Shown in pieces: positions 29,223-41,014 of a DNA stretch of 64,000 nt (its first letter is position 1; each line of letters opens with the position of its first letter). The notes below the pieces were generated by a model. That model ran no database searches and was not told where the DNA came from. It was given only the letters and a program-made list of their open reading frames with translations. Source of the stretch: Paraspadella gotoi (taxonomy: Eukaryota; Animalia; Chaetognatha); contig CM119268.1 in assembly GCA_051294375.1 (NCBI GenBank), forward strand, positions 14,997,897 to 15,061,896. The letters run 5' to 3'. The translations under genes were made by a program, and so were the position numbers.

Positions 29223-32200
29223 CTAGCGCAGCTCTCTGAAAGAATAAAAAATCCTCATATCTCTTTATGTTTTTTACACAGGACAAAGTATAATCTCATT
29301 GTAATACCTAATTCGAAGGATTCTTTCGAAGACGGACCTTTCCTTAGCCGCCTCTTCTGCCGTCACATCGAACAATCGCTCCCGATGCAACAACAAAAAC
29401 AGAAGAATGTTTTTTTGCTCCAAGCAACGACTTGGCTCACCGCTAATCAAGATTGGTCCCATGATGGCGCTTAAGTTGTCCAAACTCTGTAATGTAGCAA
29501 TAATGTAATAATAAATTATTAGAAAAATAAAAATTGAAAAAAAAAAAACTGCAAAGAGCCTATGTGGCTTATTAAGGAAAGTATTAGTTTGCAGAGTTCT
29601 TACCATTAAATTAACGTTTTGTTTTGAGGCAATTCTAACTAAATGCAACGACAGCATCTTGAGCGTCGCATGATTGACGAGCGGAAGGCGTCGCAGTAAA
29701 TTCTTGACGTCGCTAAAAGTCTTTTTGTTGTTATTATGACAAGAACTTGCCAGGTTGAACCAATCATCCCGAAGTGAGGACTTTAAAAGAGGCTCGGGTA
29801 ACTGGCAGAGGAACCTGCAGAATAGGAGGAAATAGTAAGAACCAATTAATGAAAAATCTTAAAAGTATAGTGATCTCGCCAGACGTTACTAACAAAGAAA
29901 ATTAATGAAAAAATCCAAATTATTAGTGTAATAGTAATTGATTGATTGATGTAATAGTAATTGATTGATTGATAGAATAGTAATTGATTGATTGATGTAA
30001 TAGTAATTAATAGTAATTGATTGATTGATGTAATAATAATTGATTTATTGATATAATAGTAATTGATTATTGATGTGATTGTTGCGATGATAACCAAATG
30101 ATTGATTCGATGACAGTCATTCATTGATGCGATGATAATCATTCATTGATGTGATGATAGTCCTTCATTGATCCGATGATAGTCATTCATTTATGCGATG
30201 ATAGTCATTTATTGATGCGATGATAGTCATTCATTGACGCGATGAGTCATTCATTGTAAATAAAAACAAACAAATGCGTGTATGAGTGAAAAAGAGAGAG
30301 AACCCCAGAACTTAATATTAACCCTAATCTTATACAAAAACCTAATTCCTAACCCTACTAATCTCTAAGTAGTACATTAAGATACTTTTTGACTGTATCC
30401 GCTACGTCGAAAATATTGTTCTCGTTGTTGTCATCTCCTAAATTAGTTGAGGATGGAGGTCGAAGTGTGACTGAGCTGGCATCATCGTGGAACTGGGCCA
30501 AAAGGCGAGTGACGCGCTCACCGTCTCCAGAATGTCTGAATATTCCTTTTGACTCAATTCCGTGGCTCAGAATGTGATCAAGGCAAGTTTCAAGTAAAAC
30601 GGGAACGTTGCGCTGATCAAAAAAAAAAAGAAAAGAAAAAAAAAATTTATAAAATATTTTTATGAAATTAAAAGCATTGAAGCTTTTTTATCTTAAGAAG
30701 CTAAATTAAATTTTTGTAACGCAATATTAAGAATTACTTGGTTATTATATTAATCATCACAGAATTTGCGTTATTTCAAATACCATGTCAAAGTTGTGAA
30801 AATTTCAATACTACCAAAAGCTTTTAGTTTTACCTGGCTGAGCATTTGGTCTTCGATTTTGTTTCCCGCTTTTCTGGACCGAAGGATTAGACGCAACCAA
30901 TCTTCCGTTAAATTCTTATTTTCCGCTTGGAGACAGATGCATCCGCCGTCGGGTAGTTTGAAAAGAATCTGAAATCCCTCCAGATAGACTACTGAAATGA
31001 ATAAGGTTCAAAATGTTTAAATTAAAACTTACGATGACGCGACCAGCCCACTTTTTAGTACTTTAGTACAACTACTCTATAAGTCACTTTTCGGTCGGTC
31101 TGTCGGTCGGTCTGTCCCACTTACGTTAAAAATGTTCATAACTTGCATATAATTGGTTGTTCGATCTCATTTGTCATATCATATCACATCATGTCATTTC
31201 ATGTCGCGGCGCAACACATTTGAATTACCGTTCTTATTACTTTATTTATACTTTAGACTGTTGACCTGGAATTCCTATGCTTTTATGGTCGTCAGGATCA
31301 AATCCGAGACACTCCTTCGCATCTTTTCTCAGATCAATTTCGGTAAAACTTTTCGTTTCCTCCTCAAAAACCCAGAGGAAATTATCCTATAAAAATCATT
31401 ACTAGAATATTTATGATGATTTAATTTTTAATCTCATTTTTATCCTCAAGAATTTTATGCAGATAAAAAAATATTTAATGTAAATACCTTGAGTACAACC
31501 CAAGCCAGTTTTAATGCATCATTCATTTTAAAATTGAGTTTTCCAAATCTCTGAAATCCATCATCAGCAACCGATAGTAAGGCAGTTGGAAGAATATTTA
31601 GAGCGAGAGACCGCATCCATTTAACCTGATAATTAAGAAACTAGAACTTACAAATTTCCGGCCTGATTCACAAAGTAGGTAATAATCAAACTAATAATAA
31701 AACTAATCAACCTTTTTCTCTGAAGTCTCTGTTGCATAATTTTGCATTTGTCCCAGAGTACTTATCAAAAATCCATGCAAATCATCCCTTGTTTATTGTA
31801 AATAAAACTTAGTGAATTTTCACTATATTCATTTTAATTAGAAATAATAATAATTGTTAAAAAATAATTTTAGAAACTTTTCTATCTGGATGAAACCGAT
31901 TTTTTGTACAATATTTTTTAGTAAGACTTACCGATCCCCAAAGACATCCTTATCGATGATTTCAGAAATAAAAGATGCGTCTTTCAAAGACATGGAATAT
32001 AATGCTTCCAGAGAATCTGGGTTTTCAAAACACTTGAAAGAACCATTGTGGCAAACACAAAATTGTTTTGAGTTGACTTTAGGTTTCTGCTTGGTTTTTT
32101 TAAACAATTTAGTTTTGCGATTGGGAGTTATGATGAGTGGGAGATAAGTCAAAATTTCTCTCATTGTTGGCTCTGTTAAATCAGAAAAAAATAAAATGAT

Positions 32201-33878
32201 TTAACAGAATATGAAATATTTAATAAATATTAAATTCATATCACCGGCGTCAGTAGAAAAGATTCCGCGAAGTTTAGGTTGATTGCTGTGCAGCTCAATT
32301 AAGGCTGCTTGGTAATTTTGGCCAAAACTTATTAAAAAGAAAATAAATAAAGAAAATAATAATAAATTAAAATTTCACCCTAATCAGCATTCTACAGAAT
32401 TACCTTAAAGCGAGTGTACTCAACGAACTGTGGGCACTTAGACGGCTGTTTCCTATAATGTTTGCGCCTGAAACAATCAACTGCAACGTCTTCATAAGAT
32501 CAGATGTCTAAAAAATTTTTTAACACTAAATCATATATACCATACATAGTTAAAATATTTTCTAAAAACATCTTTCTAAAAACCTGCATATTAGCAGCGA
32601 GAGCAGTATCGAGGTTATCTTGAGCGCTCAGAAGACGTCGTACATCGCAAAACGACTTTAGTTTGTACTTTGCAATGACAAAGTTTTTTCTCATAAACTG
32701 AGAAGAATCGCGCGCCATGATGGTTCTTCCCAATAAATCCGCTACTTTTTCGTTACCTAAAAATTTTAGGACACATAAATAACTTTGCCGTATATGTAAA
32801 TGTGAAATAGTGTGAATCTTAAATTTGTAATAAAAAATCAAACGCAAGTTTAATTGCATGTGATGTGATCACCCATGGTGGAGATTATTCCGAGGTCTTC
32901 AGCGCGCCAATCTTCTATTTCCGTCTTAAGCGACATGAATCTCAAATTCAAGAATCCCACTTCTCGATGAGCGACGCAACAATTCCTGCAGACGACGATT
33001 CCCCAGTTGAGGACGACCCACTCTGGGTCGAGCTGCCCACAGTCTGCGCAGGCGCGGTTGGAGGGATTGCTTCGTACTCTGAACCAAACGCTGTAAAATT
33101 CCCGACAAGATTAAAAAAAAAAAAAACAATATATGGGGTAATGTGGCGCATTTGTTTGACTGTGATTTGGATACTAAATGGTTATCAACAGTTTTTTCTT
33201 ATGTTGGTTCTTTCCTCACTCTTTCCTCACTCTTTCCTCACCAGTTGAATAATTTTTGGAATATTCTGAAATCGCCGCATAGACTTTTAACTCCAACCCC
33301 CCAAAAAATTGTCAGCAACCATCTTGATCACCTTCTAGGTTGCAACCTTCTTCCTTCAGCGATGGCTTCTTCCATCCTGCATTGCCACTCGGCTAAACTG
33401 GCAGCGGAATCAAAGGAGAAGCACAATTCTATCGAGGACCCGAAACGAAGCACCAGTTCATGAACATCGTCAAAAACCCCAGATGTCTGCGATTAAGAAT
33501 GAGGGAAATGTTATTGTAATCAAACTTTATGTTATTTCCTTTCTTTTCGTTGTGTATATATATTATATAAATTAATTAGAGAAAACAAAGTTTGTTTGTT
33601 TGATAACAACGATTTTTATTTACATTAGGACATGTTTCGGCTCTTGCTTTAAGTTAAATTTGTTAGTTTAATCCTTAAATTTGTTATTTTAATCCTTAAA
33701 TTTGTTATTATTTATTTCATTTATTTTTGTTATACATTACAAAATATAATTATTTTCTCTCCCTTTGTCTCTCTCAATATTTCACCATTCATATTTCAAC
33801 CACTTTCCTCTTCTTCTCTCCCCTTACCTGTCCTTAATCTGACCACTGTCCTTTTCTCACTCTGTGTTGGAAGCTTTA

Positions 33879-33932
<54 letters not shown>

Positions 33933-36900
33933 ACTCAATGTTAAAGAGAAAAATTTGTTATTGAAACAAACGCTGATGAAGAGCCGAAACATGTCCTAAT
34001 GAGTAATGTAAATAAAAATCGTTGTTATCAAACAAACAAACTTTGTTTTCTCTAACTGTAATCAAACTTTTACATTCGCTAAATTGCTTAATATCAAATC
34101 GTAATTAATACTTACTTCAACGTAAGCTAGTCCCATCTGAATCATTATCATCGGGACATCGTCATTGAAATGTTTCTCCTCCTCATAAATGCAAAGCCAG
34201 TGGTCTTTGATAGCAACAAATTGTGGACCGAGAAACATGAATTCATTTTGAATCGGCTGTATCGACTTTAGCACGATGGAACCTAAAATTATTTAAATCT
34301 AAACAGTTTAATTCTAAATATCGAAGTTTATCATGTCACAAAAATTTAAATTAAAACTGCAACAATAAAAGCGTGATGAGATATTTTGATTTAATTATTA
34401 CTTCATTTGTGCACTACCTTTTTTGATAGGGTCGTAAAGTTCACCTCCATCTTTTTCCCACTCTTCAACACAACTGTCTAACAGTATTACCTATTTCAAT
34501 AAAGAAATTTCAATTTAATTTTAAACACTCATGACAAGCTTAGTTTTATACTTCAATAAAATAAAAAAGAATAATTAATAAATGAATTTCTAGCATCTTA
34601 TCAATCAAAGCGCAAAGGCGACTGAATTAATAAATTATTTTACCTCATTAATCAACTTGATCCATAGAGTCATCTCATCCTGAGATTCAGCTGTGAAGGA
34701 GAATTTTCCTTTTTTGGTTCTAACCACGAAGATGTTCTGTGAGATGGTGTTTCTGGCTGAAGACTCTGCTGGTGACACCAAAGTCATACCACGGATGATC
34801 AGTCTGTAATTGCAGGAATATAACTTGTGCCCAATAAAAGACGTTAATTTTTTTTGGATTTTGTAAACTCGCCTTGAAAGTAAACTTTTGTTATCGTAGT
34901 AGCATGTCAATTCCCCTCGAATGAAGCCTTCTCTGGTATTTCGTTTCGTCAGTCGAAACCATCGCTTCATATATGATTTGGCCCCTGGGAGAAATGCCAA
35001 TAAAAATATATGTATTGAATACCAGTAATGATCCATATCTAGGTATTATCTGTGAAGAGAGAGTATTATCAGTACAATCAGAAGCCTGGAATCAAAACTC
35101 ACCCTTGTCAACTTTGACCTCTAGACTCAAGAGACCTTCGTTGAGCAGGACCGGTTCGAGCATTTCCGGCGTATCGATTTCCGAGAAGACCTCCGAGTCG
35201 GGCCTTTGGCTGGAGAATAGGAACTCCGCGGTGTTAACAATATACAAAAATACTGTTGTAACATTATACATAATAAAATTCTTCTCTTTTCTCAAGCAGT
35301 GAACATTAAGACGTAGTAAAATTCCTAAGTTTAACTTTAATTAAAAATCTAAAAGTGAGGAACGAACAACATTATACTTATGAACATTTATGCATAAAAA
35401 AAATTTATAATAAATTTTACAATTTACGCAGTAGGCCATATTTATACTAGTACTAAACCAATAAATGTTAAAATTTCAAAACAGTTTTTTCTAAGATTTG
35501 TTAGCAGATTTGGATTTGTCATAAAAAGTTGATAAAAAGAAATATAACTCTTTTTGAAAAATTCCTTCATTAAGTGGGTCAAAAATTAGAAAAAGCTATA
35601 TTTTAACTTAAAATTTAAGCTGAAAATTAATTTTTTATATATTAAATATAGTTTTTTTAATTTTTAACCCACTTAATGAAATAATTTTATATATATATTT
35701 TTTATATTTATATTTTCTTTTATCAACTTTTGACGAGGAATTAATCTGCAATCAAAATTAAGAAAAGCCTATTTTGAAATTTTCGATTTTATAAGGATAG
35801 TACTATGGCAACGGGAGGAGAGCCTGTGATCACCGGGGCGGGGGTATCTCACCAACTGGCGTAGGGGCTGCGGACCCTCAGTGACCGCCTCCTGTCACAT
35901 GGCATGTTTATACCAGCACCGTCACATTTAAGCCAGAACCGGGATACCCAGGGATTGAACCCGGGACGCACGGATGGAATGAGATGATTTAGCCTGCTCA
36001 GCCATTGAGACGAGGCTGAGGACGGAGAGCAGTGAGGCAGCTTTAAGTCTTGCTGCCACAGGATCCCCCCACCAGACTTCTCCACAGGGGCCTCAATCCT
36101 GAGGAGATGTCTGAGAGAAGGTTTTGATCTCATTGCCATAGTGAGAGCGAGCGGGCGAGCGAGCGAGGAGTCTGGAGCGTTACCAGAGAAGTAGGGCATA
36201 GGCGTGATATGCATACCCTAAGCGACGTAAGCATGGGCGCACGGTGCGCAGCGGTTGCGTGTTCGAGAGTAGGGCTCACCACTTATGGCAACGGGAGGAG
36301 AGCCTGTGATACCCGGGGCGCGGGGTATCTCACCAACTGGCGTAGGGGCTGCAGACCCTCAGTGACCGCCTCCTGTCACTGGCATGTTTATACCGGCACC
36401 GTCACATTTAAGCCAGAACCGGGATACCCAGGGATTGAACCCGGGACGCACGGATGGAATGAGATGATTTAGCCTGCTCAGCCATTGAAACGAGGCTGAG
36501 GACGGACAGCAGTGAGGCAGCTTTAAGTCTTGCTGCCACAGTACTATATATAAATATAGCCTACTGCGAAAATTAAAAAACATAAAATTAATTTTTTTTA
36601 CAAATTAATGTTCACTGATGGTATGTTGTTCATAATTGACTTATAGAATTTTCGTATGTAACTTTCACTACGCCTTAGTGAACATACATAAAGCAGATTT
36701 GTATGTACTATTTCTTCCCCTATCTATTCGTACATGTCTTTTTTAAATTATTTGCAATATGAACAATTCAATTATTGTCGCAGAGCCGGAACCCACACCT
36801 TAATAAATACGTATATATACGTATATAATATATACGTATACGTATATACCTTGAGTCAGAACTTATTCCAGAATCTGGGCGACCTAAGGAAAAATTAAAA

Positions 36901-37916
36901 ATTTCAACTGAAAATTAAAATTTCAATTTGTTTTCCTACGCCTATGGCTTTTTGTTTTAGGTGTTCAAAACGCTTCTTTTGACTATTTTATAATTTATCA
37001 AGTGTGAAAGTAATTTAAGAAACCTAGCCTTATTTATTTTTTCTCTCTTTCTCCCACTCACTCTCAGCGTGTCTTTTTTTGTCGTAAGCTTTGTCTGCCG
37101 CTTCGTACAGCTCATTTAAGGTCCTCTGTTTTTTTGGAGGTAAAGGCTTTTTCGTTGATGATGACTCTGATCCCTTTGGTACATTGTACACCTCAGCTTG
37201 TTCAATCTCAGAAGAAACGCTTGTTTCTTCTGAGATTGAATTCAAAGGTAGGTTGCTGGGCGAAGTCTGATAGTAGGGTTCGTTGAAGGAGATACCTAGA
37301 GCAACAAGAATGGGGAAGATCTCTTAAGAACATGGAAAGAAAATATAAAAACAAATCATGTAAAAACATATCTTATCGCTATCTATCGCAAGCCTATCAG
37401 TTAGGCCCGTTTAGAGAACCTCGAGATAAAGTTTCTTACACAGGGAAATATCGTTACCATAAAAGGTGTCAAAAACTGAAACGGTTTTGCTTTTGACTTA
37501 TTTAAAAAATATAGCTTATACCAGAGTCGACCGAGTTGGACCGCCCAGGTATCCTGCGGGCGCCGCCACTGGATTTCACGCCTGGTTCGTCGAGGCTCCG
37601 GCACCTTTGAGGACCAACCGAAAAGCCACAGGCGCCCTCTGTCAAAGGTAAAGAATAAGGGAAAACGTACGGTAGGTTAGGACAGATGTGGGGGTTGAAT
37701 ATTTCATATATATCTAGATTCTAGAATCTAGATACGAAATTGAAAAGAAAATTTTGGTTTAAAAGCAATCAACTTTAAAATATAATAAAGATTCTAACTC
37801 TAGATTAATATTATCTTTTAAACGTGAAATTGAATAGAATCTGTGCATATGCCATGGATTAGCTTATTTTCAATGAGGGTAGAATGTTTCAAAAAGTATT
37901 TACCTTGCGATGCCAT
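29223..37916 (-). CDS. ARAP: ARAP-family ArfGAP/RhoGAP/PH-domain protein
   Basis: PH-like exons (MKRWFRL...FTAESQDEMTLWIKLI). ArfGAP zinc finger SNRACADCGQLDPEWVVLNWGIVVCRNCCVAHR (~32880-33090, not in the ORF track) followed by GNEKVA...FVIAKY. Further PH exons, then RhoGAP (VPVLLETCLDHILSHGIESKGIFRHSG...NHATLKMLSLHLVRIASKQNVNLM). Start MASQ at 37916 is inferred. Confidence 0.85.
29930..30256. repeat. Compound intronic minisatellite
   Basis: Units attgattgatgtaatagta followed by ~22-bp gatgatagtcattcattgatgc units. Confidence 0.85.
31052..31238 (+). mobile_element. HINE/DINE-like (Helentron-associated) element, 5'-damaged copy
   Basis: Shares taagtcacttttcggtcggtc...gtcccacttacgttaaaaa and the 3' gcggcRYaacac...gaatWaccgttc end with the copy at 52804-53090. 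Confidence 0.65.
33576..34055 (+). mobile_element. Penelope-like element remnant: pseudo-LTR with a 5' inverted partial copy
   Basis: ~70-bp inverted repeat (33576-33645 vs 33979-34055), internal (CT)n and a hammerhead core at 33973-33995. This arrangement is typical of truncated PLE insertions. Confidence 0.6.
33973..33995 (+). ncRNA. Minimal type-I hammerhead ribozyme core (PLE type; activity uncertain)
   Basis: CTGATGA-agagcc-GAAAC-AT-GTC with a palindromic short stem III (ACATGT). Stem I pairing is poor. Confidence 0.5.
35308..36677. mobile_element. Old AT-rich foldback element interrupted by the TRIM
   Basis: Matching inverted segments: taagacgtagtaaaa / tttcactacgcctta; cgcagtaggccatatttata / tataaatatagcctactgcg; aaaagttgataaaa / ttttatcaactttt; ttcattaagtgggt / acccacttaatgaa. 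Confidence 0.7.
35804..36540 (-). mobile_element. Complete TRIM (non-autonomous LTR retrotransposon) with a tRNA-like Pol III promoter in the LTRs (Helenus/TRIMp3-like)
   Basis: Two 257-bp direct repeats (35804-36060, 36284-36540; ~8 differences) and a 223-bp non-coding interior. GTAC TSD at 35800-35803 and 36541-36544. PBS TGGTGAGCCC 2 nt after the 5' LTR and a G-rich PPT before the 3' LTR. A box TGGCTGAGCAGG and T-arm/B box CCGGGTTCAATCCCTGG in each LTR. Confidence 0.9.
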
Positions 37917-38969
37917 CTTTTTAATTAAATGATATTTTGAAAATATGACCAGAAAACGGTACAGTTGATATCATATATTATTCTTTAAAACAATTTCACA
38001 AGTTCGATGAGTCCGAAACTTGATTTAATCGAAAATAGGACTTCAAATAAAAATGTTCTCTTTAATTGAAATACAAATGTGTCATAAGAAAACTGATCTT
38101 TTTCATTTTTTTGCTGATGAGGCGCTTTTCTTTGTTTATTTGACTTGCTTTACTAATTCGGTTTTTCCCGCAGGATGATGATTAATTTTGAAATTTTAAA
38201 AACAGGTTCTTCTATCGTGAATTATCTCCCAAATTCATTCGTCTACGTTCTCGGTTACCAGATGATTAGGATAAATAGTTTTTCAAGTCTAAACATACTC
38301 ATTAGTCATTACTCAATGCAGATTTTTAAAAAATAATCGTTCCTAAAGTTAACTTTTTTATCAAATTATCCCATGGATAATTTTTACATTGGTTGTATTA
38401 CTTCCATGTCTTCAAATCCACTCCCTCCTCAGCTTGTGCGTAAGGTTTTTCGTTCATCTACTTAATAATAGTTAAATACTACCATATTAATTTCTTGAGC
38501 CTCGGATTATAGTGATGTCGCTGTACTCATCAAAATATTCATTCTCAAGGAGCAAATATTTATCTTCCCCATTTTTAAAGTTATAGGATCTACTTATAGA
38601 GTATATTTCAATTAAGAAAAAAAATAACATTTCAAAACTTACGAACCTTAAAAATGAAAAAAAATATTTTAAAGATAAAGTATCGAAATGAATCGAATTC
38701 TAAAAGAAGAACAGAAAAATATGAAAGAAATCAAATAATGTTTAAATTTAATACTTAATTGAAATATGTTAAACCTTTTAATAAAAGTTTTATATTTGTT
38801 TAAAAATTTAATCTCAATTCTCACCAGAGACAAAAGTTCCTAATCGACAAAAGAGCAACGCTGAAGCGAAAAGAGCTCGCGCCTCTTGATTTTTACCGAA
38901 GGTTCTCAAATCATCAATCGTGCCCTTTCTAAATCGTATTCGACTCCATCAACGCCAAATTTTGCCACA

Positions 38970-39459
38970 ATGAAATCTCCGGCCATCGGAGTGAACTTAG
39001 GGACGACCTACTCCGAGGGCGTCTTCAAACACGGCAACGTCGAAATCATGGCAAAAACAGGACAACGCCGTCCTACGTCGGACTAGGAAAGGCTAGTCGG
39101 CGGCCACGAACCCAGCCAAAAAAGCCATCGACGCCAAACTGCCAGCCACAAGTTCGCCGACGCCACCGTCAAACGCAACGTCAAACTCAGGCTCTTTCAA
39201 GTCGTCAACGACTTAATTAAGGAAGCCCAAACTCCCATCGAAGAGAGATTGAGAATCAACCGGGACAAAATCAACGAAGAGGAGAGGAAGAAGGCGGAGT
39301 GGGTCAGCAAGAATCACTCGGTAGAGAAGAAGTTTGAGGAGAAAGAGAAAAGAGGTAGAGAAGTTTGTGAATTGTGAGGCCGATCTATAGCAAAGCACAC
39401 GGCGGAGGCAGATACGGAGCGATCAGAAGTGGCGGTTTTACGGGTGAGAGGATTGATAA
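38970..39459 (+). pseudogene. hsp70: Internally deleted, frameshifted hsp70 pseudogene
   Basis: MKSPAIGVNLGTTYS-GVFKHGNVEIMA, then ERLVG, DAK and KFADATV...FQVVND fragments. These are joined to C-terminal lid remnants (DKINEEERK, EKFV/CE...PIYSK) and an EEID-like end. Many small deletions and stops. Confidence 0.85.
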
Positions 39460-41014
39460 ATCCAATTTCCTTCCTCAATCCTCATTAAGGTAGCGATAAG
39501 TTATTAAGGTAGCGATAAGTACTGAAATATATACTCATGACACACAGCATCCAACACTACTCTCATTCAGTGACTTCATCAGCAGTAAAAACGCCCACCC
39601 GAAGAGAGAAAAAAACGAAAAGGTAATTCATCATTCGGATTTCGGAATGAACAGAAATAAACTCTGTCGAAAAGAAGTGGGGGAATAAGTCGAGAGGGAG
39701 TAACTCTTTCATCACCGAAGGGAAAGGCGAAGCGAGGCAGTTCAGAAAAAAATGAAGAGATGTTGACGGAAAAGGGCTGGGCAACCTCTTAAAAGTTATA
39801 CCGAGGGGAAAAACTTAAATATATGAAGCTTGAAAGCGAGACACTCAGGCAGGAAACAGCTCCGGCAACAGGGCCAACAGGGTCCATCGGACCATCGGAC
39901 AAAGTATTATCTCCTTTTGCAGATAGCAGTCAGGAGCGTAAATTGGAAAAATACTTATAAACGAGAAATGAAAAAAAAATTAGATCATTTCTTAATAAGT
40001 TAATAAAAGAACAGTGACGAGACAACTAACAACAACAGGTTAAACAGTTAAACAGTGCTATATAGTCTATATTGTAAACTTTCTAAAACTCACATAAAGT
40101 ACCTTTAAAAAATTTTATCCGCTTCTTACGAAAATCAATTAACTCTCTGAAGACGCTAGGGAACAGAGAAAAACTTAGAAAAATTGGAAAGTAGAAAAAA
40201 AAAAAAGTTAAGGGAAATTCTTTGAAAGATCGTCCAGATCAAGTTTAACCGAGTAGGCGTCGTACTTCGCTACTTTCGGGGGAAGGGGACACCGAAAAAA
40301 TCTGAGCTGCGAAAGTCGCTTCATTTTAAGTCAGCCCTATCTCTCTTTCACCGACCAGCGCGTAATCGGTAATGGATTGATAAGCTTGAGGGATTTCCGC
40401 GCCGATTTGTTTTAAAGTATCTTAAAACAAAATCGAGCGCGGGAAGTGGCAAAAAAACGGGGGAAGGAGATGATAGGGGGGGTGAACCGTTGAGAGCAAC
40501 CCTGAAGAGCTAAAAAGGATGAATTGAAACGGAGCAGTACCGGGAGTAAAGAGAGAAAAAAACATTCTATTCCCACTTTTTCTCCGCGGACTATTTTCGT
40601 AAACAAAACCACGAATAGAATGAGAAGCAACTGCGACGAGAGTGGCTTAGCAACTAATAAAACACTCCCGAGCAAAAAATCGTTGGTTGGTCGACCTCGT
40701 TTACTCATTTTATTTTTAAAATTTTCTTTAATTTCAACTTCCAAAAAGTAACATAACATCGGAATGACGCATGAAAATTCACCGAGGCTTTTCCGGTGAT
40801 CACGGTTGGTAACTATGACCTAATGAAAATTAAGGTTTTCATCGTAGAAAAAGGACAAGTGTTAGCCAAATGAGCTTTAGTTTACTGTACACGCAAACGC
40901 TTACATTTTATATACATAAGGACACAACCCTGAAAATCCGACTCGTTTCGAGATGGACATTTTGACAAAAACCTCCTCGTGAAGTAGCTGAAAAAATCAT
41001 CTAACGAATTCGTA

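Noticed and set aside
35990-36060. CTGAGGA in the LTR + strand as a hammerhead, or the LTRs as H/ACA (U17-like) snoRNAs
   Set aside because: No GAAA and stem III in the required arrangement and no U17 m1/m2 motifs. TSDs, PBS and PPT explain the repeats as LTRs.
36420-36495. tRNA gene
   Set aside because: Only the A box and T-arm are present; there is no acceptor stem or proper anticodon arm, and it is embedded in the LTR.
38104-38130. CTGATGAG as a second hammerhead core
   Set aside because: No downstream GAAA or stems.
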